The position numbers were made by a program, and so were the translations under genes. Source: Sandaracinaceae bacterium (GTDB lineage: Bacteria > Myxococcota_A > Polyangia > Polyangiales > Sandaracinaceae). Taken from it: 64,000 nucleotides of DNA. The stretch lies in the NCBI GenBank assembly GCA_044220955.1, contig JBGAQA010000026.1, forward strand, positions 1-64,000, written 5' to 3'. This document shows, piece by piece, positions 18,684 to 27,613 of the stretch (the first letter of the stretch is position 1; each line of letters opens with the position of its first letter). Below the pieces are notes generated by a model. It saw only the letters and a program-made list of their open reading frames with translations, was not told where the DNA came from and ran no database searches.

Positions 18684-20467
18684 CCCTTCGGCTCCTGGTG
18701 CATGTCCTTGAACGTCTTCAGCTCCGGTGCCCACATGTGCTTGACGGGATCGACGTCGACGTGGATGACCGCCGGCTTGCCCGACGCGAGCGAGCGCTGG
18801 ATCGCGCCGCGCAGGCCGCGCGGGTCGGCGACGCGCTCCCCGTGGGCGCCCATCGAGCGGGCGAGCACGTCGAACTCGATCTCGCCGAGGTCGGCGTTGA
18901 TCGTCTCGTCCGGGCCGAGCGTCTTGAGCACGAGCGTCTTGACCGGCTTCAGCGCGAAGCTCTGGTTGATCTTCACCATGCCCCACTGCTTGTCGCAGAG
19001 GACGAGGTAGACGACCGGCAGGCGGTTGCGGACGGCCGTCTCGATCTCCTGCGGGTGGAAGCCCATCGCGCCGTCGCCGATCACGCAATAGACCTGCCGC
19101 CCCGGGAAGGCGACCTGCGCTCCGAGCGCCTGCGAGACGCCCGCGCCGAGCATCCCCATCTTCGGCGTGCCGACCATCGCGTTGACCGACCGCGACTCGT
19201 GGAAGAACTGGGCCCAGATGGTGGTGTTGCCACCGTCGGCGACCATGATCGCGTCCGGCGCGAAGGTGTCCTGGCAGATCCGCCCGACGTGCGCCGACGC
19301 CATCGGGACGCAGTCGTCGTCGAGCTTGCGGTCGAGCTCCGCGCGCCGCGCCGCGCACGCCGCGCGGAGCTGCTCGAGGTGCGTGCGACGCGCGCGCAGC
19401 TCGCGTGCGCCGCGTCGTCGCCCGAGCTCCGCGAGCAGCGCCTGGAGGAACGCCTTGGCGTCGGCGCGCACCGCGAAGCGAACGCCGCGCGTGTTGCCGA
19501 GCGTCGCCGCGTCCACGTCGACCTGCGCGACCTCCTGCTCGGCGGGGTCGCCCCAGTAGGGCGCCTTCCCCCACCAGTCGGTCTCGCCGAGGCGGGAGCC
19601 GAGCACGAGCACGCGATCGGCGCTGCGGCGGGCCTCGTTGACCGTGCCCACGAAGATCATCGGGATCGCGTGCCGGTCGCGCTCGTCGATGGCCGCGCGC
19701 GCGGCCCAGCTCGTCGTGACGGGCGCCTCGAGCAGCTCGGCGAGCGCCGCGAGCTCGAGCGTCGCGCCCGCGGAGAGCACCCCCGAGCCGGCGTGAACGA
19801 GCGGGAGCTTCGCCTCGTCGAGCCAGCGCGCGACGTCCTCGACCTGCTCCTGCGTCGCCTCGATCGGCGTCGTCACGCGATAGGAGGAGGGCGGCCGGAG
19901 CGCGCCGGGCGCGAGCTCGGTCACGCCGTTGTAGATCGACTCCGGCACGTCGAGGTGGACCACGCCGGGCCGCCCCTCGAAGCACTCGCGCAGCGCGCGG
20001 CGGACCAGCTCGGGCAGGCGGTCCATCGAGGGGACCACGCCGCTCCACTTCGTCATCGGGCGCGTGACCTCCACCTGGGGGAACGACTGGTACGCGCCGC
20101 CACGGTCGGGGTACACGATGCCCTCGCGGCGGCAGCTGGTCAGCAGGAGCACGCGGTGCCCCTCGGCCTGCTCGACGGCGACGCCCGGCAGGACGTTGGC
20201 GACGCCCGGACCGTTGCTGGCGATGCAGACGCCGAGCCCTCCGGTGAGCTGCGCGTAGGCCCCGGCCATGTGCGCGGCGCTCGTCTCGTGGCGCGGCGTG
20301 ACGAGCTCGATCCCGGCGGGCCGCAGCGCGGCGCAGAGACCGAGGTACGTGCCGTCCATGATCCCGAAGACGCGGGTCACGCCCTCCGCCGCGAGCATCC
20401 GCGCGACGATCTCCCCGCCCTTGACCTTCTCCGTGCTGCGCTGCCCCAACACCGCCGCGAGTCCCAT
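18680..20467 (-). CDS. Thiamine pyrophosphate-dependent enzyme (acetolactate synthase / 2-hydroxyacyl-CoA lyase superfamily)
   Basis: PRHETSAAHMA, GPGVAN, GDGAMGF...WGMV, PAVIHV. Confidence 0.92.
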   Translation of the reverse strand: MGLAAVLGQRSTEKVKGGEIVARMLAAEGVTRVFGIMDGTYLGLCAALRPAGIELVTPRHETSAAHMAGAYAQLTGGLGVCIASNGPGVANVLPGVAVEQAEGHRVLLLTSCRREGIVYPDRGGAYQSFPQVEVTRPMTKWSGVVPSMDRLPELVRRALRECFEGRPGVVHLDVPESIYNGVTELAPGALRPPSSYRVTTPIEATQEQVEDVARWLDEAKLPLVHAGSGVLSAGATLELAALAELLEAPVTTSWAARAAIDERDRHAIPMIFVGTVNEARRSADRVLVLGSRLGETDWWGKAPYWGDPAEQEVAQVDVDAATLGNTRGVRFAVRADAKAFLQALLAELGRRRGARELRARRTHLEQLRAACAARRAELDRKLDDDCVPMASAHVGRICQDTFAPDAIMVADGGNTTIWAQFFHESRSVNAMVGTPKMGMLGAGVSQALGAQVAFPGRQVYCVIGDGAMGFHPQEIETAVRNRLPVVYLVLCDKQWGMVKINQSFALKPVKTLVLKTLGPDETINADLGEIEFDVLARSMGAHGERVADPRGLRGAIQRSLASGKPAVIHVDVDPVKHMWAPELKTFKDMHQEPKG

Positions 20468-20528
20468 GGTGCCCTCCGCTCGTCGTTCCCGCCGGACTGC
20501 CCGGCGACGAGGCCATCCTGGATCGTTT

Positions 20529-20561
20529 ATCCGATCGGTCAAGCGACTTGACCGATCGGAT
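20529..20561. promoter_or_regulatory. Perfect inverted repeat, putative TetR operator
   Basis: ATCCGATCGGTCAAG-cga-CTTGACCGATCGGAT between the divergent TPP-enzyme and tetR genes. Confidence 0.8.
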
Positions 20562-20581
20562 GACGCGGCCAGAATCCGGGC

Positions 20582-21265
20582 GTGACACGCCCTCGCACCC
20601 GCCGGACCGCCCGGCCGCCCCGCAAGACCGCACCCCCCAGGATCGACGGAGCGACCCAGGCGCGCATCCTCGGCGCGGCCGAGGATCTGTTCTGCGCACG
20701 CGGCTACGAGGGCGTGAGCGCCCGCGACGTGGCGGAGCGGGCCGGCGCGCACAAGGCCCTCGTCTTCTACTACTTCGGGAGCATGAGCGGCCTCTTCGAG
20801 GCGGTGCTCCAGCAATACTACGACGCGCATCGCGACGCGCTCGCCAGCGCGCTCGCGAGCGGCGGCGACGTGCGCGAGCGGATGCACCGCCTCGTCGAGG
20901 CCTACCTCGACTTCATGGCGAGCCACGCCCGCTACGCGACGCTCGTCCAGGCGCAGCTCTCCAACCCGGAGACGCATCCGCTCGTCGAGAAGAGCTACCG
21001 CCCGCTCTTCCGCTTCGTCGAGGAGGCGCTGCTCGAGATCGCACCCCGCGAGGGGCGCGCGTCGGCCCGGCAGCTCTTCGTCACCTTCTCGGGGGCCGTG
21101 ATCAACTGGTGTACGTACGCGCCGCTGCTCGCGCGCGTGCTCGGGAGCGAGCCGCTCGCTCCGCCGCTCCTCGACGAGCGGCGCGCGCACGTGCGCTGGC
21201 TCGTCGATCTGATGCTCGACGCGCTCGAGTCGGAGACGGCGAGCGAGCGCGGCGCGCGCGCATGA
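20582..21265 (+). CDS. TetR/AcrR family regulator
   Basis: ILGAAEDLFCARGYEGVSARDVAERAGAHKALVFYYFGS helix-turn-helix. Confidence 0.95.
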   Translation: MTRPRTRRTARPPRKTAPPRIDGATQARILGAAEDLFCARGYEGVSARDVAERAGAHKALVFYYFGSMSGLFEAVLQQYYDAHRDALASALASGGDVRERMHRLVEAYLDFMASHARYATLVQAQLSNPETHPLVEKSYRPLFRFVEEALLEIAPREGRASARQLFVTFSGAVINWCTYAPLLARVLGSEPLAPPLLDERRAHVRWLVDLMLDALESETASERGARA

Positions 21266-21409
21266 AGCGCGCGCGCATGAAGCGTGCGCGCGCAACGTTC
21301 GCGCGCAGCAAACGTCGTGAAAACAAGTGGAGACTCTCGTCACAGCACCGGGACCGGAGCGCTGGAGGTCGCGCGCGCGGAGCCTAGCTGCGGCACGGAG
21401 GTCTTCCCC

Positions 21410-22981
21410 GTGCAGAACGTCCGTCCCTCGCTCCTCGGCCGCCGCAGCTTCCTGCTGCGCTCCGCCGCCGGCGCCGCCGCGATCCCGCTCGTCGGCTGTG
21501 GCGCCTCGTCCGCGAACGTCGTCGACCTCGGCCACCCGCTGATCGTCGGCTCGGGCTTCGGCGGCGGCGTCGCCGCCCTCCGCCTCACGCAGGCCGGGAT
21601 CCCCGTGACGATGCTCGAGCGGGGGCGCCGCTGGCCCATCACCGACGCGCACGACACGTTCTGCTCGCTGCGGGAGCCCGACGAGCGCTCCGCGTGGCTC
21701 GCGACCGAGTCGCCGATCGGCCTCATCCGGCGGGGCCTGACCCCCTACACCGGCCTCATCGAGCGCTTCGCCGGCGACAACATCGACGCCATGATCGGCT
21801 CGGCGGTGGGCGGCGGGTCGCTCGCGTACGCCGGCATGCTCCTGCGCGTGCCGCGCTCGCTCTGGGGCGGCGTGTTCCCGTCCGAGATCTCGTACGACGA
21901 CATGGAGAACGTCTGGTACCCACGCGTCTCCGAGCTGCTCCCGGGCACGCAGATCCCGAGCGACATCCTGGCGAGCCCGACCTACGAGGCGGCGCGCGTC
22001 TTCATGGACCACGCGATGCGCACCGGGCTCACGCTCGAGATGATCTCGCAGGCGGTCGACTGGGACCTCGTGCGCGCCGAGATGGAGGGCACGATGCCCG
22101 AGGAGGCGATCGCGGGCGACTACGTCTACGGGCTGAACAGCGGCGCGAAGGGCTCGATCGACCGCACCTACCTCGCGGCGGCCGAGGCGACCGGGCACTT
22201 CGAGCTGCGGCCCCTGCACCAGGTGACGAGCGTCGCGGCGCAGCCCGGCGGCGGCTTCCGCGTCGAGTGCGAGCACATCCGCGAGGACGGCACGGTGATC
22301 GAGCACGTCACGTTCCTGGCGCCGGTGCTCGTCATGTCGGCGGGCTCGATCCACTCGACGCGCCTGCTCGTGGAGGCACGCGCGCGCGGCGCCATGCCCG
22401 CGCTCCCGGCCGAGGTCGGAGAGCACTGGGGCCAGAACGGCCAGCACATCTTCGTCCGAGGACAGCTCACCGAGAACACCGGCGCGCTCCAGGGCGGTCC
22501 GCCCTTCGTGGTCGTCCGCGATCTCGCCAACCCGGTCGCGCCGGTCACGATGGAGTACGGCGCCGCCGCCTGGGGCTTCGAGAGTCACAAGCTCATCTGC
22601 CCCTGCTCGTCGATCCCGGATGCGTTCGGCGCCTTCCGCTACGACACGGCGCTCGACCGCGCGGTCCTCGAGTGGGATCCCGCCAGCAAGGTGACGGCGC
22701 GCGCGGCCGCGGAGAACGTCGGGATGCGCCTCGACACGGCGACGGGCGGCGCGATCGAGACGCTCCCCGGGCGCAGCCGCGAGTCGACCTTCCATCCGCT
22801 CGGCGGATGCGTGATGGGGCGCGCGACCGACACGTTCGGCCGCATGCGCGGCGTGCCCGGCCTCTACGTCGTCGATGGATCGCTGGTCCCCGGCGTCACG
22901 CCGACGTGCAACCCCGCCTGGACGATCACCGCCCTCGCAGAGCGCGCGCTCGACACGATCGTGCGCGAAGACTTCGACTGA
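21410..22981 (+). CDS. GMC oxidoreductase, cholesterol oxidase (class I)-like, Tat lipoprotein
   Basis: GRRSFL twin-arginine signal and LVGC; GSGFGG; VGGGSL; NSGAKGSIDRTYL; WGQNG; FHPLGG; YVVDGSLVPG; NPAWTITALAER; GGAGG before GTG 21410. Confidence 0.88.
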   Translation: MQNVRPSLLGRRSFLLRSAAGAAAIPLVGCGASSANVVDLGHPLIVGSGFGGGVAALRLTQAGIPVTMLERGRRWPITDAHDTFCSLREPDERSAWLATESPIGLIRRGLTPYTGLIERFAGDNIDAMIGSAVGGGSLAYAGMLLRVPRSLWGGVFPSEISYDDMENVWYPRVSELLPGTQIPSDILASPTYEAARVFMDHAMRTGLTLEMISQAVDWDLVRAEMEGTMPEEAIAGDYVYGLNSGAKGSIDRTYLAAAEATGHFELRPLHQVTSVAAQPGGGFRVECEHIREDGTVIEHVTFLAPVLVMSAGSIHSTRLLVEARARGAMPALPAEVGEHWGQNGQHIFVRGQLTENTGALQGGPPFVVVRDLANPVAPVTMEYGAAAWGFESHKLICPCSSIPDAFGAFRYDTALDRAVLEWDPASKVTARAAAENVGMRLDTATGGAIETLPGRSRESTFHPLGGCVMGRATDTFGRMRGVPGLYVVDGSLVPGVTPTCNPAWTITALAERALDTIVREDFD

Positions 22982-23003
22982 GCGGGGGGCGGACGCCTCC
23001 GCG

Positions 23004-23978
23004 TCACGGCAGGGCGAGCAGGCCCGTCGCGGTCTGCACGCGCAGCGCGCCGTGAACGAAGAGCCCGCGCCACGGGACTCCCGCGGGCCCGGCCGCGGTC
23101 ACGTGACCGACCTCGGTCGTGGTCGCGCCCACGTGGTGGAGCACCACGAGCTCGGCCCACGCCTCGCCCTGCCCGCAGACGAACTGCGAGCACGCGGCGA
23201 CGGGGGACGGGAGAACCTGCAGCACGTAGCTCTCGTCCGCGCTCGCGAACACCGCATCCACGCCGTCGAGCGTGGTGAAGCGCCCGTCCGGATCGACCAC
23301 GCGCAGCGCGCGCGCGTCCCCGTCGAGGCCGAGCACCACCATCTGCTCGGCGCCAGGGACGGGACGCAGTCCGTCGGTGCTCCCGACGGCCCCGACGCGG
23401 ACGCGGCCGGGCGTGGCGCGCGAGACCGTGTCGATGACGGTGAGATCGTCGTAGTGGAGCGAGGGGAGCAGGAACCAGAGGTGCCCGGGGCTGAGCGTGA
23501 TCTGGCGCGTGCGGCCGAAGCCGAAGCAGTCCCACGTGGCCCCGTCCCACGCGCAGATGTCGGTGCCGACGCCGGCGTAGACGTCGTCGACGGCGCGCGC
23601 GTCGAGCGAGGTGCAGGGGCCGAGCTCGAGGAACGACGCGAAGTCGTGGTGGGTCCAGTGCCCCGCGGCGAAGACCGCGATGCCGTCGTCGTGGCACGCC
23701 CAGATCGCGCCGTCGGGCGTCGAGCGGAGCGCGCGGAGCGTGGCCTGCTCGTGGCCCGCGATGGGAGGCGCGAGCACGCCGGACACGCCTCGGATCTCGG
23801 TCTCGCCTGCCGCGTTGCGGACCGCGACGATCGGCTCCTCGCCGCGGGCGTCCAGCAGGTAGCCGTCCGGCAGCGCCTGACCGGACGCGACGAGCGCAGC
23901 GCTCGGCCGGGGCGGCGGACCTTCGGAGGCGCACGCGCAGAGGACGACGAAGGAGACGAGCGCGATTCGCTGCCGCAT
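23004..23978 (-). CDS. Hypothetical lipoprotein (beta-rich)
   Basis: Signal ending LCAC; WDGATW-type motif. Confidence 0.7.
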   Translation of the reverse strand: MRQRIALVSFVVLCACASEGPPPRPSAALVASGQALPDGYLLDARGEEPIVAVRNAAGETEIRGVSGVLAPPIAGHEQATLRALRSTPDGAIWACHDDGIAVFAAGHWTHHDFASFLELGPCTSLDARAVDDVYAGVGTDICAWDGATWDCFGFGRTRQITLSPGHLWFLLPSLHYDDLTVIDTVSRATPGRVRVGAVGSTDGLRPVPGAEQMVVLGLDGDARALRVVDPDGRFTTLDGVDAVFASADESYVLQVLPSPVAACSQFVCGQGEAWAELVVLHHVGATTTEVGHVTAAGPAGVPWRGLFVHGALRVQTATGLLALP

Positions 23979-24061
23979 GCGCGGCAGCTAATCGCCGGGG
24001 CGCGGACCGCCAGGCGCTGCGGGTGACTTTTTCCCGGGAGAGCGCGCGGGCGCGCCCGCGC

Positions 24062-24091
24062 TTGCACTAAATGGAACATCAGTTACATATT
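24062..24091 (+). promoter_or_regulatory. Sigma70-like promoter overlapped by a palindromic operator
   Basis: AT-rich island TTGCAC...TACATATT containing ATGGAAC-atca-GTTACAT (24071-24088, one mismatch). Confidence 0.65.
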
Positions 24092-24150
24092 GGGCGCTCG
24101 CGCGACGAACGGCCTCTCCGGCGGGGACGCGAGCGTGCACGGAGGTCCTC

Positions 24151-25371
24151 ATGTCCAAGGTCGTGGTGCTCGGTGGCGGTGGTGGGATCGGCAGCGTCGC
24201 GGCGCGTGCGCTCGCGGCGCTCGAAGCGTTCGACGAGATCGTGGTCGCCGACCTCCGCGTGGACGAGGCGGCCAAGCTCGCGACGAGCCTCGGCGGCGGG
24301 CGCGTGACGTCCGCGCTCGTCGACGTCGCCGACCCCGCCTCGATCGCGAGCGCGCTGCGCGGCGCGTCGGTGGTCCTCAACTGCGTCGGCCCGTTCTACC
24401 GCTTCGGGCTGCCGGTGCTGAAGGCCGCCCTCGAGGCGCGCGTGAACTACGTGGACGTCTGCGACGACCTCGCGCCCACGCGTGCCATGCTCGAGCTGGA
24501 CGGTGCGGCCAGAGACGCTGGGGTCTCGGCCCTCGTCGGCATGGGCAACTCGCCGGGCCTCGCCAACGTCTTCGTGAAGCTCTGCGCCGAGATGCTCCTC
24601 GATCAGATCGAGGAGGTCGACATCATGCACATCCACGGAGGCGAGCCCGAGGAGGGCCCCGCCGTGGTGAAGCACCGGATCCACGCGATGGTGAACGACG
24701 TCCCGCTCTTCATCGACGGGCGCTTCGTGAGCGTGCGTCAGCTCGAGGAGAGCGGACAGGCCTACGTGGTCGAGTCGGACTTCCGCAACGTCGGGCGCTT
24801 TCCGGTCTACCCGTATCCGCACCCCGAGACGATCACGCTCCCCGCGTACATCCCGGGGCTCAAGCGCGCGACCAACCTCGGCGTCATCTTCCCGCTCTCG
24901 TACTTCCGCCTGACGCAGGACATGGTGCGGGTCGGCGCGTGCGTCGAGACGCCGCTCGAGGTCGACGGGCACCGGATCTCGCCGCTCGACTTCTCGGTCG
25001 CGCACATCCTGCGGCGCCGTCCCGCGCTGCTCGCCGAGGCCGGCGTCCGCGGCCCGGCGGGCTGTCTCAAGGTCGTGGTGGGCGGGCTCAAGGCGGGCAA
25101 GAAGCAGTCGTTCGTGTTCCAGCTCTCGTCCACGTCCGCCGGCGCGGGCGAGGGGACCGGCATCCCCGCCGCCGTCGGGGCGGTGCTGATGGGTCGAGGC
25201 GCGATCACGCGCAAGGGAGTCTTCCCCCCGGAGGCCGCGGTGAGCCCGCTCGAGGTCATGACGCTCGCCCTCTCGGCGTCCAAGAAGCTCGGCGCCGGTG
25301 GATCGGACGCCGTCCACATCGAGTCGATCGACGAGCACGGCGAGCGACGGACCCTGCCGCTCTCGTTCTGA
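24151..25371 (+). CDS. Saccharopine dehydrogenase-like oxidoreductase
   Basis: VVVLGGGGGIG, NCVGPFY, YVDVCDD, GMGNSPG, HPETITLP, GVFPPE; GGAGG RBS. Confidence 0.9.
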   Translation: MSKVVVLGGGGGIGSVAARALAALEAFDEIVVADLRVDEAAKLATSLGGGRVTSALVDVADPASIASALRGASVVLNCVGPFYRFGLPVLKAALEARVNYVDVCDDLAPTRAMLELDGAARDAGVSALVGMGNSPGLANVFVKLCAEMLLDQIEEVDIMHIHGGEPEEGPAVVKHRIHAMVNDVPLFIDGRFVSVRQLEESGQAYVVESDFRNVGRFPVYPYPHPETITLPAYIPGLKRATNLGVIFPLSYFRLTQDMVRVGACVETPLEVDGHRISPLDFSVAHILRRRPALLAEAGVRGPAGCLKVVVGGLKAGKKQSFVFQLSSTSAGAGEGTGIPAAVGAVLMGRGAITRKGVFPPEAAVSPLEVMTLALSASKKLGAGGSDAVHIESIDEHGERRTLPLSF

Positions 25372-25389
25372 ACGTCGGAGAATGGCGCG

Positions 25390-26889
25390 ATGCCAGTCTT
25401 CGTCGGCCACGACCTCGGGACGGGCGGCAACAAGGCCGTCGTCGTCGACGCCGAGGGGCGCCTGCTCGCGCACCACGTCGCGTCCTACCCGCTCGATCAT
25501 CCTCGCCCCGGCTGGGCGGAGCAGAGCGCACAGGACTGGTGGCGCGCCGTGTGCGACTGCACGCGCGCGGTGCTGGAGCAGGCGGGCGTCACCCCGGACG
25601 ACGTCGCGGGCGTCGCCTTCGCCGGGCAGATGCTCTCGCTCGTCGCGCTGCGGGCCGACGGAACGCCGTCGCGCCGCCCGATCATCTGGATGGACGGACG
25701 CGGCGAGGAACAGGCGCGCCGGCTGACGCGGCGGATGGGCGGCGAGCGCATCCTGCGCTTGCTCGCGGGCGGCTCGCCCACCGGCAAGGACGTCGTGGCG
25801 AAGATCGCCTGGATCGCCGACGAGGAGCCCGCGGTCTTCCGCGACACCGCGTTCTTCACCGACGCGACGGGGTACCTCGTGTCGCGCGCGACGGGGCGCG
25901 TCCGCATCGACCCCACCGCCGCCGGCGCCACCGGGATGCTCGACGCGCGGAAGCGGAGGTGGTCACGCCTGCTCTCGGCGGCGATCGCGTTCCCGCTCGA
26001 GAAGATGCCGCCGCTCGTGGCATCGACCGACGTGGCCGGCGGGCTCACGGCCGAGGCGGCCGAGGCGCTCGGGCTGCGCGCGGGCACGCCCGTGGCGATG
26101 GGGATGGCGGACATCCCGAGCGCGGCCGTCGGCTCGGGGGCCGTGCGCACGGGAGACGCGCACGTCTATCTCGGCACGTCGTCGTGGATCGGCGTCACCG
26201 TGGCGAGCCCCAAGCACGTCCCCGCGCACGGCATCGCGTCGGTCCCGGCGGTGCACCCGCGCGACTGCCTGATGATCGGAGAGTCCGAGACCGCGGGCGC
26301 GTGCCGCGCGTGGTTCGAGGAGCACGTCGGCGCCGGAGACGACGCGACGCTCGACGCGCTGGCGGCGCGGGCCGAGCCAGGCTCGCGCGGCCTGCTCTTC
26401 TTCCCGTGGATGTTCGGCGAGCGCTCGCCCGTCCCCGACACGCGCGTTCGCGGCGCCTTCGTCAACCTCTCGCTCGATCACGGGCGCCACCACCTGATGC
26501 GCGCCGTGTACGAGGGGGTCGCGCTCAACCTCCGCTGGATCCTCGACGCGTGCGCCGCGGCGGGGGAGCCCTGCGCGAGCCTGCGCGCGATCGGCGGGGG
26601 CGCGCAGAGCGACGTGTGGCTCTCGATCCTCGCCGACGTCGTGCAGCGCCCGATCGAGCGCGTCCGCGATCCCCAGCACGCGGGTGCGGTCGGGTGCGCG
26701 CTGATCGCGGCCGTCGCGACGGGCGCGCTGCCCGGCGTCGAGGCGATCGGTCGGACCGTGCGCGTCGAGAAGCGCTTCGACCCGGAGCGCGCGAACGCGG
26801 CCGTGTACCGGGACGCGTACGACGTCTTCCGGGAGCTGCACCCGGCGCTCTCGCGCGCGGGCCGCCTCTGCCGGGCGCGGCCGCGATGA
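25390..26889 (+). CDS. FGGY-family carbohydrate kinase (xylulokinase-like)
   Basis: GHDLGTGGNKA, PGWAEQ, AGQM, IIWMDGR, YLGTSSW, GERSP, GGGAQS. Confidence 0.92.
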   Translation: MPVFVGHDLGTGGNKAVVVDAEGRLLAHHVASYPLDHPRPGWAEQSAQDWWRAVCDCTRAVLEQAGVTPDDVAGVAFAGQMLSLVALRADGTPSRRPIIWMDGRGEEQARRLTRRMGGERILRLLAGGSPTGKDVVAKIAWIADEEPAVFRDTAFFTDATGYLVSRATGRVRIDPTAAGATGMLDARKRRWSRLLSAAIAFPLEKMPPLVASTDVAGGLTAEAAEALGLRAGTPVAMGMADIPSAAVGSGAVRTGDAHVYLGTSSWIGVTVASPKHVPAHGIASVPAVHPRDCLMIGESETAGACRAWFEEHVGAGDDATLDALAARAEPGSRGLLFFPWMFGERSPVPDTRVRGAFVNLSLDHGRHHLMRAVYEGVALNLRWILDACAAAGEPCASLRAIGGGAQSDVWLSILADVVQRPIERVRDPQHAGAVGCALIAAVATGALPGVEAIGRTVRVEKRFDPERANAAVYRDAYDVFRELHPALSRAGRLCRARPR

Positions 26890-27503
26890 CGCCGAGGCGG
26901 CAAGAGCGCGGAGAGCAGACGCGGCGGGAGGTGCTCGAGGCGACCCTGCGCCTGCTCGCGCGCGAGGGTCCGCGCGGAGTCACGCACCGCGCCGTCGCCG
27001 CAGAGGCGGGCACCTCGGTGCGGGCCACGACGTACTACTTCCGGTCACGCGAGGAGCTCCTGCGAGAGTCGCTCGAGCACTACGCCACGACCGCCATCGC
27101 GCGCTTCGACGCGATCGGCGCGCCGCTCTCGGCCGACGTGACCACGCCGGTGGAGGCGGCGGCGGACCTCTTGGCCGCGACCGTCCTGAGCGACGTCGTG
27201 GACGACCGCGCGGGGCTCGTCGCGGAGTACGAGCTCGTGCTCGAGATCGGCCGCAACTCGGGCCTCGAGCCCGTCTACCGCGCGTGGCAGGACAAGCTCG
27301 AGTCGATCCTCGCTGGCTACGCCGAGATGCTCGGCTCGAGCGATCCCGCGCTCGACGCGCGCGTGGTGCTCGCGACGCTCCGCGGCCTCGAGATCGAGGC
27401 GCTGGCGCGGCCCTCGAGGAAGCCGAGCCGCGCGGAGCTGAGGAGGCTCTTCCGGGTGCTGCTCGAGGGTCTGGCCGCGCGCCGCCGGCCCGGCCCGGAG
27501 TGA
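26886..27503 (+). CDS. TetR family regulator
   Basis: VLEATLRLLAREGPRGVTHRAVAAEAGTSVRATTYYFRS; ATGA overlap with the kinase. Confidence 0.92.
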   Translation: MTPRRQERGEQTRREVLEATLRLLAREGPRGVTHRAVAAEAGTSVRATTYYFRSREELLRESLEHYATTAIARFDAIGAPLSADVTTPVEAAADLLAATVLSDVVDDRAGLVAEYELVLEIGRNSGLEPVYRAWQDKLESILAGYAEMLGSSDPALDARVVLATLRGLEIEALARPSRKPSRAELRRLFRVLLEGLAARRRPGPE

Positions 27504-27613
27504 GGCCGGCGCCCGGTCGTGGCCCCGCGACGCGTGCGTTCCGTCCGCGCGTGGCCGACCTCGTCGTGCATCATCGCCGGGTGCCGGACGGGAGCCGGCG
27601 CGCGGAGGTGTAG

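Noticed and set aside
18680..20467. Naming the TPP enzyme ilvB
   Set aside because: No small subunit or ilvC nearby; TetR/SDR context suggests catabolism.
21252..21281. 15-bp tandem duplication spanning the tetR stop codon
   Set aside because: Simple local slippage with no flanking element to call it a target-site duplication.
16902..22795. 1265-aa and 1371-aa minus-strand ORFs as giant fusions
   Set aside because: Their N-terminal parts are off-frame or antisense to real genes; real starts are 18683 and 20467.
24090..27503. 1137-aa plus-strand ORF
   Set aside because: Only the last 205 aa (TetR) are protein-like.
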